From the NCBI RefSeq assembly GCF_036321535.1, contig NC_087437.1, positions 34,536,001 through 34,600,000 of the forward strand: 64,000 bases of DNA, written 5' to 3'. Every line of letters begins with the position of its first letter. Positions within the stretch are counted from its first letter, which is position 1. Below, one piece after another: positions 1-13,613 of the stretch. The notes beneath the pieces are model-generated. The model worked only from the letters and a program-made list of their open reading frames with translations, made no database searches and had not been told where the DNA came from. The position numbers and the translations under genes are program-made. The DNA comes from Camelus dromedarius (lineage: Eukaryota).

Positions 1-560
1 GAAGCGAGCGGCGCCGGGAGAAAGGGGGTCGGGGGCTGGGCCCAGAGGGGAGCGGCGCGGCAGGGGCTGGGCAGGGAGGGACCACGTGTTCCTGCAGCAA
101 GCTGGAGGAAGCGAAACAAAATTAGAAAGCTTGAGGCGGGAAGGGGATGGAGAGGCCTGGGAACAGGTTGGTTTACTCTGGGTGTAGGGACTGCCCCAGA
201 CGTTTGGGGTCTTGGGACGGAGCCGGGTTAAAGTACGTTCTTTTCTTCGGTGCACCTTCTCTTCCAGGGTATTCTTTGCTCTCTCTTCTGGCTTTACAGG
301 AAGTGGGATCTGAGCCTTGGCTCCATCCCGGGTCCAGACAAGCCCTTCTTTTCCACGGGGCTCCATACCCTGGCAGGGGGTTTGAAGTCTGAAGTCTGAG
401 GGCTCGATCTCGGGCCCGGACTGGCAGGGGTGACGTGCGTTCTGTAGGCAAAGCGGAAAGCGGGAGGGACAATGGGTGGAAAAGGAAAAGGACGCTCTAG
501 ACGAATCTGATTCATCCCCTCTGACCAAGCCCCGGCAACAGGTGGGAACTTGGGAAGCGC
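1..560. promoter_or_regulatory. GC/CpG-rich promoter-like region (edge of a CpG island, cut by the window start)
   Basis: Many CpGs in 1-470, against a CpG-depleted remainder. E-box CACGTG at 83-88, E2F-like GGCGGGAA at 135-142, ATF/CRE-like TGACGTG at 431-437, G-tract clusters at 24-80. Associated gene not identifiable. Confidence 0.7.
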
Positions 561-1980
561 TGATGATCCTGGGATGATACCACCTCGTAGGTATTTAGTC
601 TTAGGAAGTTAAAGGAGCTCCTTGGCCGCTAAGTACTAACTTCTAGAAGGCAGAGGACCATGGCACCTGACATTTAAAATGTAATATTGTAACTGTTGAG
701 AAAGGAAATCAGTTCCAAGGATATACATCTCTACCGGGAATGTTATTACCAGAGGGAGAAATAACACAAGCTACAAGAGAACGTACTCAAAAAAGGAAGA
801 AGGAGGTGGCTTTAAAATGTATTTAAAAATAAATACCAACTAATAGCTCCACAAATGTGCAGGAAAACTTGAAGAAGTCAGCGGCATAAATAAATTGGGA
901 TATCAGAAGAAAAGCGGGGCAGGGGGTAGAGGGACATGTAGAAGGGTTGGGTGTGTGTTTAAATTTGTCAAGGTAGAGGGAGAAGACCGTGAGTCGAACT
1001 CCTTTGGGAACTTTTACACCTCCTCCCTTTCCCTCCCACTTCCTTACTGGTCTATATTTTTTGAATAGAACAACGTGCAAAGATACAACGTTTAAAATGA
1101 GAATAATAACTTTAAAGTCCTCAATACTTTGTATACTTTCAGCTGCCTAGGCAAACAGAAGCTGTGCCTGGAAATAATTCACACTGAAGGTTAACTTGAA
1201 TATAAACTCAGTGACGATTTTAAATTTAAAGTGACATTCATTATAAATCTCTATTCCCCCCAAAATCGTTTAACTGAAGTCACATTACACACTGTAGCAC
1301 TGATGTTTTCAAAATGAGTTTGGAATGAGAAAATTCAGTTCAAAAGCTGGAATATGTGTGTGTTTTCCACCAGCATGGATTTTTGTCATGAGCAGGACTC
1401 AAGAGAACAAATTACTGGTGAATTTCTACCGTCATTAGAAGTTACCTTGTCAACATACTGTCTGTAGAGGAATATTTTGTACTTCTTCGAATAAATTCCT
1501 TGATAGCTTTCATAATAAAGGTTACAAAATTGTTTACCATTATGTCTTCAATGTCTCCCAGCCACAACTGGTTTTCTCTGATGATTAAACAACTTGGGGT
1601 TCTCTGCAGAGTATCATACTCCTAAAAGAAGAATGTGATCACAGTTACCCACTGAGAAAGATGCAATACAAACAGAAAATAACCACAACGTGTAATTTCA
1701 CTTTTAAAAATTTGTTTACTGTCTAAGATCTCTCCCCCTCTCTAGACAATAAGCCGTCTGAAGTCAAGGACCATATTTGTTTTGTTCTATATATACCCAA
1801 CCCCCAGTAGTACTTGGCCAGTTGTGTGCCTTCAGTGACTATTTGTAAAAGGCAGGACCTGAATCTAAGCTTCAGTAAGTATATCTTCCATAAGTTAAAA
1901 AAACAAGCTAACATGTCTTGATTAAAAATGCTGCTCGAGTTGTAACCGCTTCTAATTGACACAGGGGTCCAAGAATTCTT

Positions 1981-2380
1981 TTTTAACTGAGGTATAGTTA
2001 GTTTACAATGTTGTGTCAATTTCTGGTGTACATTATAGTGATTCAGTTGTACATGTATATACACATACTCCTTTTCATTATGGGTTACTATAAGATATTG
2101 AATGTAGTTTCCTTTGCTATACAGTATAAACTTGTTTATCTATTTTATATAATAGTAGTTAGTATCTGCAAATCTCAAACTCCCAATTTATCTCTTTGCA
2201 CCCTCTTTCCCCCCCAGTAATCATAAGTTTGTTTTCTATGTCTGTGAGTCTGTTTCTGTTCTGTAAATAAGTTCATTTATCTTTTTTTTTAGATTTCACA
2301 TATAAGTGATATCATATGGTATTTTTCTCTTTCTGGCTTACTTCACCTAGAATCACAGTCTCCAGGTCTATTCATGTTGC
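1981..2380 (-). mobile_element. L1 3' end, 5'-truncated (young artiodactyl/camelid type)
   Basis: Reverse complement of the L1 3'UTR seen repeatedly in this window; T-tract at the left. TSD TCCAAGAATTCTT (1968-1980) / TCTGAGAATTCTT (2381-2393). Confidence 0.9.
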
Positions 2381-3344
2381 TCTGAGAATTCTTAATGTGA
2401 TATCATGCTCATTTCAGGGTTAAAGTTTAGGGAATAGATGAGACATAGGTTTCAGGGCAAACCCCTTTACCTGTTTAAAAGTAAAGACACACTTTGATAA
2501 GACAAACAATTATCCTTAATTATAATACTTAGGTAACCTGTTTGCTGGCCTAAATTTTTCATTTGAAATTATCACGACCTGTTGCCACCCACTGTACATG
2601 TTCAGTGTCTGCACTTCTAGTGCTTCCCAGATGGAAGATACACAATTTATAGGAGGGGTAAAAATTCTTTCTGGATTTGATAATAGATCTAAATGCAGGT
2701 TGGCAATCTAATTAGCAAGATATGGTAGCTCTAACTGTAGTTAAGACACTTCAGAAATTTAATTTGCTGAACTAAGGAAATGGTAAATTAATGACATTAG
2801 CAGCCATTAATACCATTTCAACATAGGCTATTTAACAATTTTTTTGTGTGTGTATAAAATAGCTATAACCAAATACTATAAAACCTATATATGAGACCTG
2901 TTTTCAGAAAGAATATTCAATGTCGGGTAACTTAATACCAGATTTGTTGCTACTTTGGTATAAGAAAAATCTAAAATATTATGAAGATACTTTCTACATG
3001 TCATGAAATTCTCCTCTTACAGAAATTTCTCTGTTCTGCACTAGAGATTTGTGAGAGGACTTGTGAAGCTTTATACAGAGTTTTAATTGATCAAATGTAA
3101 GTTCAAAAATAATTATAATTGATAATATTTCACTTAAGCAGTTTGGAGTATTCTCATGACATATATTAAGTTGAAAATTGTGGAATCCCTCTTTAATCTA
3201 GATTATGGATCTTATAGTTTCTGTTACTGTTTGGGGAATTATGTACGATTTCTTGAGAAAAACTCTAGGTAGTATTTGCTGAAACGAAGCAATTTTATAT
3301 GTTGCTAAATCTTAACTAAAATTGGTGTTTTTATAGTTGGACTA

Positions 3345-3410
3345 TTTCTTTTCTTTCTTTTCTTTCTTTCTCTCTTTCTTTCTCTCTTTCTCTCTTTCCT
3401 TCCTTCCTTT
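3345..3410. repeat. (TTTC/TC/TTCC)n compound microsatellite
   Basis: Pyrimidine repeat run seen directly. Confidence 0.9.
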
Positions 3411-4804
3411 TAAGAGAAAACCATTGGACCTTTGGTAATACACTTTTACTTCTTTTGGCAATATACTTTTATACCTAGGGAAACAATTGATCAGGTACTG
3501 GGGGACTTTATTCATTTATCCTTATTGCCAGGACTTTTCAGACTTTTGAGGAGCCTGGAAAAAAACTACTTCTTTATTTTGACTGAAGTCCCTGAATGGT
3601 AAGAGACTAAAATGCTAGCTGTTGACCTTAATTTGATTGAGAGAGATGAGTTACCAGTTTTTCTTCAACTTAGTTTTTTTAAAGCTTAGTTTTGACTAAT
3701 TAATTGGAGAAATATTTATAATTCATATGTATAAGTCATTGATTATTGGTTGATATCTATTTGTATTCTTACCAGGCAAACATCCAGAGATTTTTTTAAA
3801 GCTTTTTTCACTTGTTTTTTTTATTTGGGCCTAAATTTTGGAAAAATGGAAGGATATATACTCTTCATTTTTAATTTTTAAAAAGTAAATACCACAGAAA
3901 GAGCCACTTAAGCCAAATAGTCAAAGGGATTACAGCAATATTTCTCAAACTGAGAGTTCCCCAGATCTAGATGTTAGTAAGTGTCATTTAAAGAAAAAAC
4001 ATTTCCTCGGTGTAACAATTTTAGGAACTTGGTGGGTTAGGGGGAGTTGGACCTTTGAGGTATTAGTGTTAAGCAGGCACTATTTGGAAAGTTGAAATCA
4101 GTGAACCTAGAAAAGTCACTATCTCTCTTCAATTTAAGAATTTTGTGTTAATGACACTAATTTGTAAGTATAGTGATTTACAAATGGGTGGTGTTTCGAA
4201 AGTTTGCTTGATGATTTGTTCTTTGAAATACATGCCTAAGAACATGGTCATGACTAGTGGATAGGTGTTCTAGTTAGCCCACAAAGGCTTATTTAATCAG
4301 TACTTATATGAATGTCATAGAACCTAGTCACAATATGTGGCAATATTTCTATGGGGAAAATATTTGGATTTACACAACTTTGGTCAGGAGGAACACATTT
4401 CTTGTCTTTCTCATTATGCACCAGAAACAGCATTAGGTGAGGAAGTTACAAAGTACAGTGTTCCTTACATGTAGAATTCCATGCATCAGACATTCTGCAA
4501 ATTCATACCTTATCTGATGTAATGGGAACCTGGCCTAGTTCTCTCACTAGTCAGGTTCCCAGGGCTTCCAGTAGCCCAAACTTGTAAAGAGGAGGATTAG
4601 GATTCTAGGGGCTGGGAAACAAGGAACCAGACCCAACTTCTTGCCCCAATACTTCTCACTTCAGGCAAGCTCCCTGCTCCTATCTTTTTTTTTTTTTTTT
4701 TAATAATTTCAGATTCACAGGAGTTGCCCCTCCCCCCAAAGTGTACAAGGAGGTTCTGTATCTCCTTTACTCAGCTCCATCTCCCCCATCCCAGGAGGAT
4801 GAGA

Positions 4805-5287
4805 TAAGATAAAGAAATTGTGGTATATTTATACAACGGAATACTACTCAGCCATAAAAAAGAATAAAATAATGCCATTTGCAGCAACATGGATGGACCT
4901 GGAGATCGTCATTCTAAGTGAAGTAAGCCAGAAAAAGAAAGAAAAATACCATATGATATCATTTATACGTAAAATCTAAAATAAAAGACGAACTTACTTA
5001 CAAAACAGAAACAGACTCACAGACATAGAAAACAAACTTATGGTTACCAGGGGGGAAGGAGGTGGAAAGAGATAAATAGGGTGTTTGAGATTTTCAGATA
5101 CTAACTACTATATATAAAATATAAACAATAAGTTTCTTCTGTTTAGCACAGGAAACTATTCAATATCTTGTAGTAATCTATAATGAAAAAATATGAAAAG
5201 GAATATGTTATATAAATGTACAACTGAATCACTATGCTGCACACCAGAAATTGACACAACATTGTAGACTGACTAGATTTCAATAAT
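4805..5287 (+). mobile_element. L1 3' end (ORF2 terminus plus 3'UTR)
   Basis: GATAAAGAAATTGTGGTATATTTATACAACGGAATACTACTCAGCCATAAAAAAGAA...GCAGCAACATGGATGGACCTGGAG matches the L1 3' region. Confidence 0.9.
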
Positions 5288-5494
5288 ATATGAAAGAATC
5301 AGGAAGTGCCTATATACTGGAACCTCTTTAATCCTATGCTTTATGAGAATTCTATAATGAGAATAGTAATAATAGTACCAAATATTTAATACCTACCATA
5401 TTCTAGATCTAGGTGTTTTATCTATGTGAAATATTTTATTATTATCACTGTTATTTGTATATCTACTATTATAAACAGATAATTATTGAGCAAT

Positions 5495-5865
5495 TATGAG
5501 GCAGGTAGTCTTCTAAGCAATTGATATATAGTAACTCACAGAATCCTCACAACCCTATGAAGTAAATATATTATTACTCACTTTGCAAATGAGAAATCTG
5601 AAGCATAGAGAGGTTTAGTAATTTGTCCAAGATCACAAAGTAGAAGAGCTGGCATTTGAACTGGGTTTGACACAAGAGCCAGCACTCCTGATTACCATGT
5701 AGCAACATAAACTTCAGTGTTCACAGTAACCTTTCAAAGTAGATCATTTCCATTTTCTGTATGGTACACCTGAGGATCAGAAAGGCTAAGCAACTTGCTC
5801 AAGATCCTATTCAAGCAATGGAGCCCCAGTTCGATTCCAGGCCCAACCAACTACAAACCCTTTCT
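5495..5865 (-). mobile_element. Two MIR SINE fragments
   Basis: AATCCTCACAACCCTATGAAGTA...GCAAATGAGAAATCTGAAGCATAGAGAGGTTTAGTAATTTGTCCAAGATCACA is the reverse MIR core; a second core lies at ~5720-5860. Confidence 0.7.
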
Positions 5866-5875
5866 AGCTGACCAT

Positions 5876-6220
5876 TGTTATGGACTAAATGTTTATGTCC
5901 ATACAAAATTCATATGTTGAAACCTCATCCCCAATATGGTGGTGTTTGGAGGTGGGAAGTGATTAGGTCATGAAGGTCAAACCCTCACGAATGGAATTTG
6001 TGTCCCTATAAAAGAGGCCCCAGGGAGATCCCTCATCCCTTCCGCCAAATGATATTACAGTGAGAAGACTGTTGTCTACAAAAAAGCAGGTTATCACTAG
6101 ATGCTGAATTAGCCATCACCCTGATCTTGGACTTCCCAGCCTGCAGAACTGTGAGAAATAAATTTCTGTTGTTTATAAGTCATCTAGTCTATTTTGTTAC
6201 AGCAATCTGAACAGACAAAA
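5876..6220 (+). mobile_element. MaLR solo LTR (MLT1A-like)
   Basis: Starts TGTTATGGACTAAATGTTTATGTCC; contains CTTGGACTTCCCAGCCTGCAGAACTGTGAGAAATAAATTTCTGTTGTTTATAAG. Confidence 0.85.
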
Positions 6221-6268
6221 AACCAATGTTGTGTCCCTGGTTTATAACACAAATCTCTGCTGGACCCC

Positions 6269-7130
6269 TATGATACTATGATTTAAGAAATATATATTTG
6301 GTATTCCTTCGCAGTTCCTGGCACATAACTCCTAAACCATCGTAGTTTCCTAAGTGATAAGGGTTATAGGGACAACTTTCCTTCTGAGCTTCTGAAATAG
6401 CTCCAGAATGAAATGGGTGTCCCTTGTTATTCATAACAAACCCTTTTCAACCACCTCTAATTTTATGTAATGTGATGACTTTTAGAAAGTCCCTAAGTCT
6501 TTAGGGGGTATGGTTGCCAGGGGAACCAACTCTGTGATTAGAGGATTGGAACTTTCAGTCCTACCTGCCTCCAGCCTCTGGGGAGGGGAGAGGGACTGGA
6601 GGGTCAATCAGTGGCTACTGAAGCCTCCATAAAAACCCCTAAATGGCTGGTTCCCCGAGCTTCCAGGTTGCTAAATACATGGAGGTGCTGAAAGGGGGGC
6701 GAGCCTAGACAGGGCGATGGAAGCTTTGTGCCCTTTTCCCATACCTTGCCCCGTGCGCCTCTTCCACTTGGCTGTTCCTGAGTTATATTCTTTTATAATA
6801 AACCGGTAATCCAGTAAGTAAACTGTTTTCCCGAGTTCTGTGAGCTGCTCCAGCAAATTAATCAAACACCAAGACGGGGTTATATGAACCTCTGATTTAT
6901 AGCTTGTGGGTCAGAAGCACAGGTGACAATTTGAATTTGATTGGTGTCTGAAGTCAGGGAATGGGGCTCAGTCTTGTGGGACTGAGTCTCTTAACCTGTT
7001 GGATCTATCTTCAGGTAGTGTCAGAAATGAGTTAAAATATAGGACACCCAGCTGGTGTCGCAGAATTGTTTGGTGTGGGAAAAAACTACCACACACTTGG
7101 CAATCAGAAGAGAGAGCAGGGTTGTGAGTA
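6269..7130 (+). mobile_element. ERVL LTR, MER21-like
   Basis: AAATATATATTTGGT...GTGATTAGAGGATTGGAACTTTCAG...GAAGCCTCCATAAAAACCC...ATAATAAACCGGTAA...GAGTTCTGTGAGCTGCTCCAGCAAATTAATC resembles the MER21 consensus as I recall it. Confidence 0.8.
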
Positions 7131-7198
7131 GAGAGAAAACCGAAGAGTATTTTTAACTAAATAGGCTCTAAAGAGGTCTAAGTCTGAAATGCCTACTG

Positions 7199-7383
7199 CT
7201 GTGGTTCTCAAAACTCAGAGTGCTTTAGAACCACCTGCAAGACTTAAAACCCCAAGTGGTGGACTCCATCCACCAGTTTGTGATTCACTAGGTCTGAGAA
7301 AGCATCTGAAGATTTGAATTTCTAACAAGCACTCACTTGATGCTGATGGTACTGGTTCCTGGAACATACTTTGAGAACTACTA
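7199..7383. mobile_element. MER5A-like hAT-Charlie MITE
   Basis: Terminal inverted repeats CTGTGGTTCTCAAA / TTTGAGAACTACTA; ~185 bp; internal TGATTCACTAGGTCTG and TTTCTAACAAGC. Confidence 0.8.
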
Positions 7384-10182
7384 GATCTGGCTTAACATCT
7401 TGTATAAGGTAGTTTCAGCCTAAGGTAAGGATAGAGTTAAAATAAGAATAATTAGTCATCCCAGTAATACATGATATGTCATGCAAATTTTTCAAAGGTA
7501 CTGCAAATGTAAAATAATGGTTATACGGCTCTTACTCAAAAAATGTACCAAAATAATTAATGTTTCAAGGATAGAATTTAATGATCAGTAACATCCAATT
7601 CCATTTTACTTTCTGAATAGATTTATGTAATATTTTCCTGTGTCCCCTTTCTGCCTTTAGTTTTTCTCTTGAATTTTCTCAGATACCATTTTTCTTGATG
7701 ACATTCTTCTAGAGGCTAGCTCCATTGAGCCTGTGAAGTGTACGCTGAGTTCCCTGTGGTGAGTTTAAACCGCATACCTTCTGCCACTGCCTTCCCAGCA
7801 CCTTGATGGCTTGGGCCCATCCCAGTTCTTGAGTAAATCCCCAGAGACAGAATATGTCTCCCCTAAGTGTTCTTCCTCTGCTCCTGAATTCTAGCCCATT
7901 TGCCAGGCATTCTGGTTTTCCTCTATAGCCTCCTCCTCAGGGCCATGCCCTCGCAGGTCCAGTCAGGAGTGGGGTCTCCTGCCACATCTTGACTGATCTC
8001 CTGAAACATCTCTGATACTAACAAACAAAACAGAAACGCAGAATTAACTTTAGTTTTAGTCACCCTTAGTTCAAGGGGATTCCTTTACAATCAAAACAAT
8101 GAAAAAAGAAAAACCTGCTAATTTGTAATCCTTTCTCATTTCTGTCAATGGTGCTATTCAATTTATTGAATTGAAAACATTAAGTGTTATTGATTTTTCA
8201 TCTTTTTCTTTTGCATTCCATGTCCAGTCAATGTCAAATTGTATTGAATAAATAGGGTATCTTCATGGTGTCTCTCCTTTGCGTCCTTCCCCTTTTCCCT
8301 GTGACCATCCTCTGCCCTATTCAAGACCTGTAAGAATTGTTTCATATTCATGATGTCTCAGAGTTGGTAAAGAGCACATATGAGATCTAGTTCAACCCCC
8401 ATTTTTGTGCTTCAATTCTAATTTCAACATTTTCATTTCATCAAGTGTAATACATTCATTAATGGGGAATTCAGTATTTCTTGAATCATAGCCCACTCAA
8501 TCTTCAGAGGATATTATTAGAAAGTTCTTCATGTCAAACGCTTGTGTGTATATAATATCATTTAAAAGAAAAAGTCATTGTAATATTTAAGGTCGAAGCA
8601 GTTAAGTATGGATATAACAAAGGACAGATGCATTAAATAGAGCTCTTTTTTAATTTGTGAAAATGATAGATTCCCACCTTCAGGAATATCTTACACCTGG
8701 GTTATGGATCTTTTTTGAAATTTGAGAAGAGTAGTGCTAGTCAGACTGGTGAAAATTAATTCTGATGGATATGAGTGATTTTAATAACTTTAATGAAGAC
8801 AGAACTGATGCTCTAAGACAGAAGACTATGTATTTGTTAGTTGTTTTTTCCTATTACTAAACATGAATTATATGTAACATATGGTATATTGTACACACAT
8901 ATAATTCCAGAAGATGAATTAAATAATAGTACAAGATTAAACACATTCAAGGCCCAGATACTAGTCTTGAAATACACAACACCTCGTAGGAATTATCAGC
9001 TTTCTATTTATAGTTCTGCCATTATGTTACAGAAAACCCTGAAGCCTCTTTGGAGAACATCTCAAATAGTTTCAACAGATTTTCCAGATGCCTATGAAGT
9101 CAAAGGTCTCTAGTTCCTGGTGTGTCATATAGGCTTAGTTACCACTGATTACCTTATGATGGACTTCAAAAAATCTTTAACAAATCTTTTCATGATTATC
9201 TCACCCCTTCCCCACTCAGCTGAACTCTGGAAACCTTGTCCTATCACCTCCATGCTTATCCCAACACTCATTAGGCCCTATGAAAACATGCTATCCTTAT
9301 AACTAATGAGAATCAGAGCCTGGTTAGTGTTAGAGCATCTTATTTAGAGCCTATGAAATATTAGAATGTCTTATTCTTTTGCCTTTTGGCTACATCCCTA
9401 GGATTTGCCTAATCAAACCTTGATGTTCCACATAGCAGAACATAAGCTACCATGCTGATCCCAAATTAGACTTCCCAGGTTTTTAGTTCTGCTTATAAAT
9501 GGAAGCATCAGAGGAACATTCAACTTGTAGACACTTCAAGTCAATTAATGACTAGTAAAACTATTATTTGGTTAATTCAAGGACATCATTAACCATTTAG
9601 AGCAGTAGAAAAATATTTATTGATACCCAAGTGGCCTAAAAGAGCTATTTAATTTCTAGAGATAGGAAATTCTTATTTATACTTTTTGTCCTTAATTTTT
9701 TCTTATATTTCTACTTGCCACATGACAAGAGGGAAAAAATTACCCATCATTTATCTGTCCTGATAGTCCTTAAAATGGAATCTCTTTAAAAGTAATTAAA
9801 ATTTGCCACAGAAATATCTTTTGAGAGCTGCACATCTCTCTCTCCTCACTGAATCTCTGTCAGTCCTCTTGGAGGCACTCTTGTGGCATGCAGAGTGAGC
9901 TAAAGGGTACAATGGCAAATCGCTGATCTTGGCACCCTTAATGTGCCAGCTCCTTTTAGGAATAAATTAAGCACACTCTGGATTGCCCTTATCACAAAAT
10001 ATTGTCCTTATTATAACGACCAAAATAACAAAGAGGTGGGCGGGGTGGATAGACAATATGTATATTTCCACCCACCCTTCCATATACTACCACTTAGTGT
10101 AGTGTATACCTTAGCATATACTTTGCAGTGTAATGTATGGTATAGTGGAATAGATATCTAAGGGTATAGTATAGTGTACAGC

Positions 10183-10358
10183 CTGGGCCAACTTCATGGA
10201 CATGCAATCTATACAGTAACACAGGACCCTGCACTTAGAAGAGCCCCACTCTTGGCTTAATGTTCTGCTGTCACTATCTTGAAGTTCTTAATTTTTTATC
10301 GAGGGGCTCCCCATTTTCATGTTGCACTGGGCCTTGCAAATTATGTAGTCTGCCATCG
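10183..10358. mobile_element. MER45A-like hAT-Tip100 MITE
   Basis: CTGGGCCAACTTCATGG...CATGTTGCACTGGGCCTTGCAAATTATGTAG resembles MER45A. Confidence 0.7.
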
Positions 10359-10489
10359 ATAATGCAATATATATTCTCCTTAACTATCTACCTACCCCAA
10401 ATTCTTTTTGGCATGTGTTTTTTTCAATCTTTAAAAATAAATGCCGATATATTATTTCTATTTTAAGTGTAAATACATAATGCAAATAT

Positions 10490-10890
10490 ATTCAGGATCA
10501 TACTATGCATGCTATTCTGTAACCTACTTTTTATTGAATATATTCGGGATATTGCTCTTTGTCATTTATCCCATACTTTGTAATGGCTGAAGAATATTCT
10601 CTTGTGTGGATAAACCGTTCTTTATATTATCTCCTACTGATGGGCACATAATGTCCCCTGTTCTTTGCTGTGACAGGGTGAACATCCTTCAATATACATC
10701 TTTGTTTACTTGCCCCACTATTTTTTAGGATAAATTTCTAGAAGTAAAATTGCTGTTAGGGTATGAACATCCAAAATGTGATATATACTACCTGACTGCT
10801 CCTTAAAAAGATTATACCAGATTATACCAATCTAAATCCCATCAACAGATTACAAGCATCATTGTTGCCCCACATGTTAACCGAGTACAA
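10490..10890 (-). mobile_element. Ancient L1 (L1ME-like) fragment
   Basis: Degenerate reverse L1 3' motifs (TAATGGCTGAAGAATATTC, TAGGATAAATTTCTAGAAGTAAAATTGCTG). Confidence 0.6.
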
Positions 10891-11109
10891 TAATTCAACT
10901 TCATCTCTGTCAATATGACAGTGCCTGCTGCTTCTAATGGCCTTAGCCTGAGTTATTAGCTCATTAGTTTTCATGGATTCTGCTAATATGGAATGGCAGT
11001 TTATTGACTCAATATCAGTGTGAATCAATGTGAATACTTTCTAGGGAGTGTTTTTGCACTGGCATTCCTTGCCAGAATCTGAGACATTCTAAGCCCCCAA
11101 CTTTTCTTT

Positions 11110-11652
<543 letters not shown>

Positions 11653-11784
11653 CCCAATTTTTCTTTTAAAACAAGATTTTTGCTTTCCATGTGTAATATT
11701 CAGGGATACTGCAGGTGCTCAAAGAGACCCTTAGTGACATTAATCTTACTGTTTTTCTACTTTTAATCTCCCAACTTTTAAAAA

Positions 11785-12000
11785 TCTTTTTAAAATTTTT
11801 GGAACAATTTCAGACTTTCACTAAATTGTAAGAGAATAGTACAAAAAATTCCCATATACCCTTCACCCAGAGTCCCCAAATGTTAAAAACTTACCACATT
11901 CACTTTCACATCCTCTCTTTTCCTGAACTCTTTGAGAGAAAGTTACAGGCATGATGTCTCTCCACCTAAGATGTTTGGTGTTCATTCTCCTATATAATCA
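11785..12000 (-). mobile_element. Old L1 (L1MC-like) 3' fragment
   Basis: GGAACAATTTCAGACTT...AATAGTACAAAAAATTCCCATATACCCTTCACCCAGA is a typical reverse L1MC 3' end. Confidence 0.65.
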
Positions 12001-12053
12001 ATTTTCCTGGACACTCTGATTATATAGGAGAATGAACACCAAACATCTGAGGT
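11964..12053. repeat. Inverted repeat with 37-bp arms and 16-nt spacer
   Basis: 11964-12000 and 12017-12053 are reverse complements with one mismatch (32 contiguous perfect pairs). Confidence 0.95.
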
Positions 12054-12102
12054 ACTATATTATTTCAAAATGAGGTACAATACATTAAGAAAAATATATG
12101 AG

Positions 12103-12273
12103 CGGGGGAGGGTATAGCTCAGTGGTAGAGTGCTTGCTTAGCATGCCCAGGGTCCTGGGTTAAATCCCTAGTACTGCCATTAAAATAAGTAAAAATAAAT
12201 AAACCTAATTACCTCTCCCCCACCGAAAATAAATAAAACATTTAAAAAATGTTAAAAAACAAAAAAATTTAAA
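12103..12273 (+). mobile_element. tRNA-Ala-derived SINE (camelid vic-1 type)
   Basis: GGGGGAGGGTATAGCTCAGTGGTAGAG...CTTAGCATG...GTCCTGGGTTAAATCCC head, then the AAATAAACCTAATTACCTC tail. TSD AAGAAAAATATAT at 12087-12099 and 12274-12286. Confidence 0.92.
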
Positions 12274-12483
12274 AAGAAAAATATATAGGAAACAAAAAGC
12301 AAAATAAATTAGAATTCAAAAAGGAGGTAACAGAACTCAAGAAAAAAATTAGAAACTGAAGTAGCAGAGTTTAGGGTCCCACTCTAGAGCCTGGCCCCAA
12401 GGTCCCTGCAGTGAGGACCACATCACAGGCCTCCCCTGGCAAGCTGCCTCCAGATTTATTAGTTAAGGTGTTACATTTCTTTA

Positions 12484-12710
12484 CAGTGGACCCTTGAACA
12501 ACATGTGTTTGAACTGCTTGGGTCCACTTACACATGGATTTTTTTCAATAGTAAATACCACAATAATATACCATCCAGCGTTGGTTCAGTCGGAGAGTAT
12601 AAGACTGAGGATACAGAGGAACCAATTAAATGAAGGGCTGACTATACGCAGATTTTTGACTTTGTGGAAGGTTGCCACTCCTAACTCCAGCGTTATTCGA
12701 GGGCCAACTA
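12484..12710. mobile_element. Tigger2-derived TcMar MITE
   Basis: TIRs CAGTGGACCCTTGAACAAC / GTTATTCGAGGGCCAACTA, flanked by TA at 12482-12483 and 12711-12712. Confidence 0.85.
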
Positions 12711-13613
12711 TACTTTCCAAAGTGGCTTTAAAATATTTTAAAATGATAAATATTGTTGGGTGATTTTAATAAAGATGATTATTTTAAATAAAGTCTGAAA
12801 TTTTTATTTCATAATTTTGTGACTGATTCAGTAGAAAATTATAATTTAAATCTCAGGCCCCATAGGTTCAATCTACAGTCTGTGGTACCTTACTATATCA
12901 AATGGGATTTTGTGAAAAGTGAGTAAAATTTTTGTGGAAGCCAAGACCATAAAGTGAATTTAACAAGTGGCAGCATATGTCACAATATATTATGGAGACA
13001 GTATACTTAGATAAAAACTCACCCAAAATTTATTAGAGCAATCTTTTGTAATGTCACATTGCATTATTATGAATTTAGAATTTTGCCATTGTAAAGGTGT
13101 GAAGAATATGCTTAAGAAAAGGGTGCAGTTAGCAGAAGAATTGAATGGTAAACTTAGAACAATTATTCTCAGGGTGGGAGAGCATGTGTAATTTTAAAAA
13201 GTGTATTGAATATGACTATTGTTTTCCTAATACAACCCAAGAAAATTAGCTTGATAAAATCTGTACAGTTGGTGAATGAGTTGTTCCACTGTGAGTTGGC
13301 ACTTTAATGGAATGAGGTAAAAATCTGAGATACACTGACATAGACCCTGATGTGTATGCACATGTGTGAATGTGTACACTGGAGATGGATAGGTACAGAT
13401 TCGATACATTCAAATCACTGTGGTATATTTTCCAGCTATAGTACACAAGTCAAGCCTGTCCCACCCTGGTTGAAAACCACAAATATGAAATATTCAGGCT
13501 AATTGGAGAGATACTTGGACTATGTGCAGAGGCTTTGTATTCTAGTATAGATCATCCTGGAAAACTTTCCTACCCCTAAAATTTTTTGCACAAGAACATC
13601 AGGTTAATATGAA

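Noticed and set aside
147..515. ORFs in the CpG-rich region
   Set aside because: Short, overlapping on both strands, no recognisable homology; expected by chance in GC-rich DNA
4685..5287. 5'-inverted (twin-primed) L1
   Set aside because: The minus fragment looks like an older L1 family than the plus fragment, and I found no shared TSD
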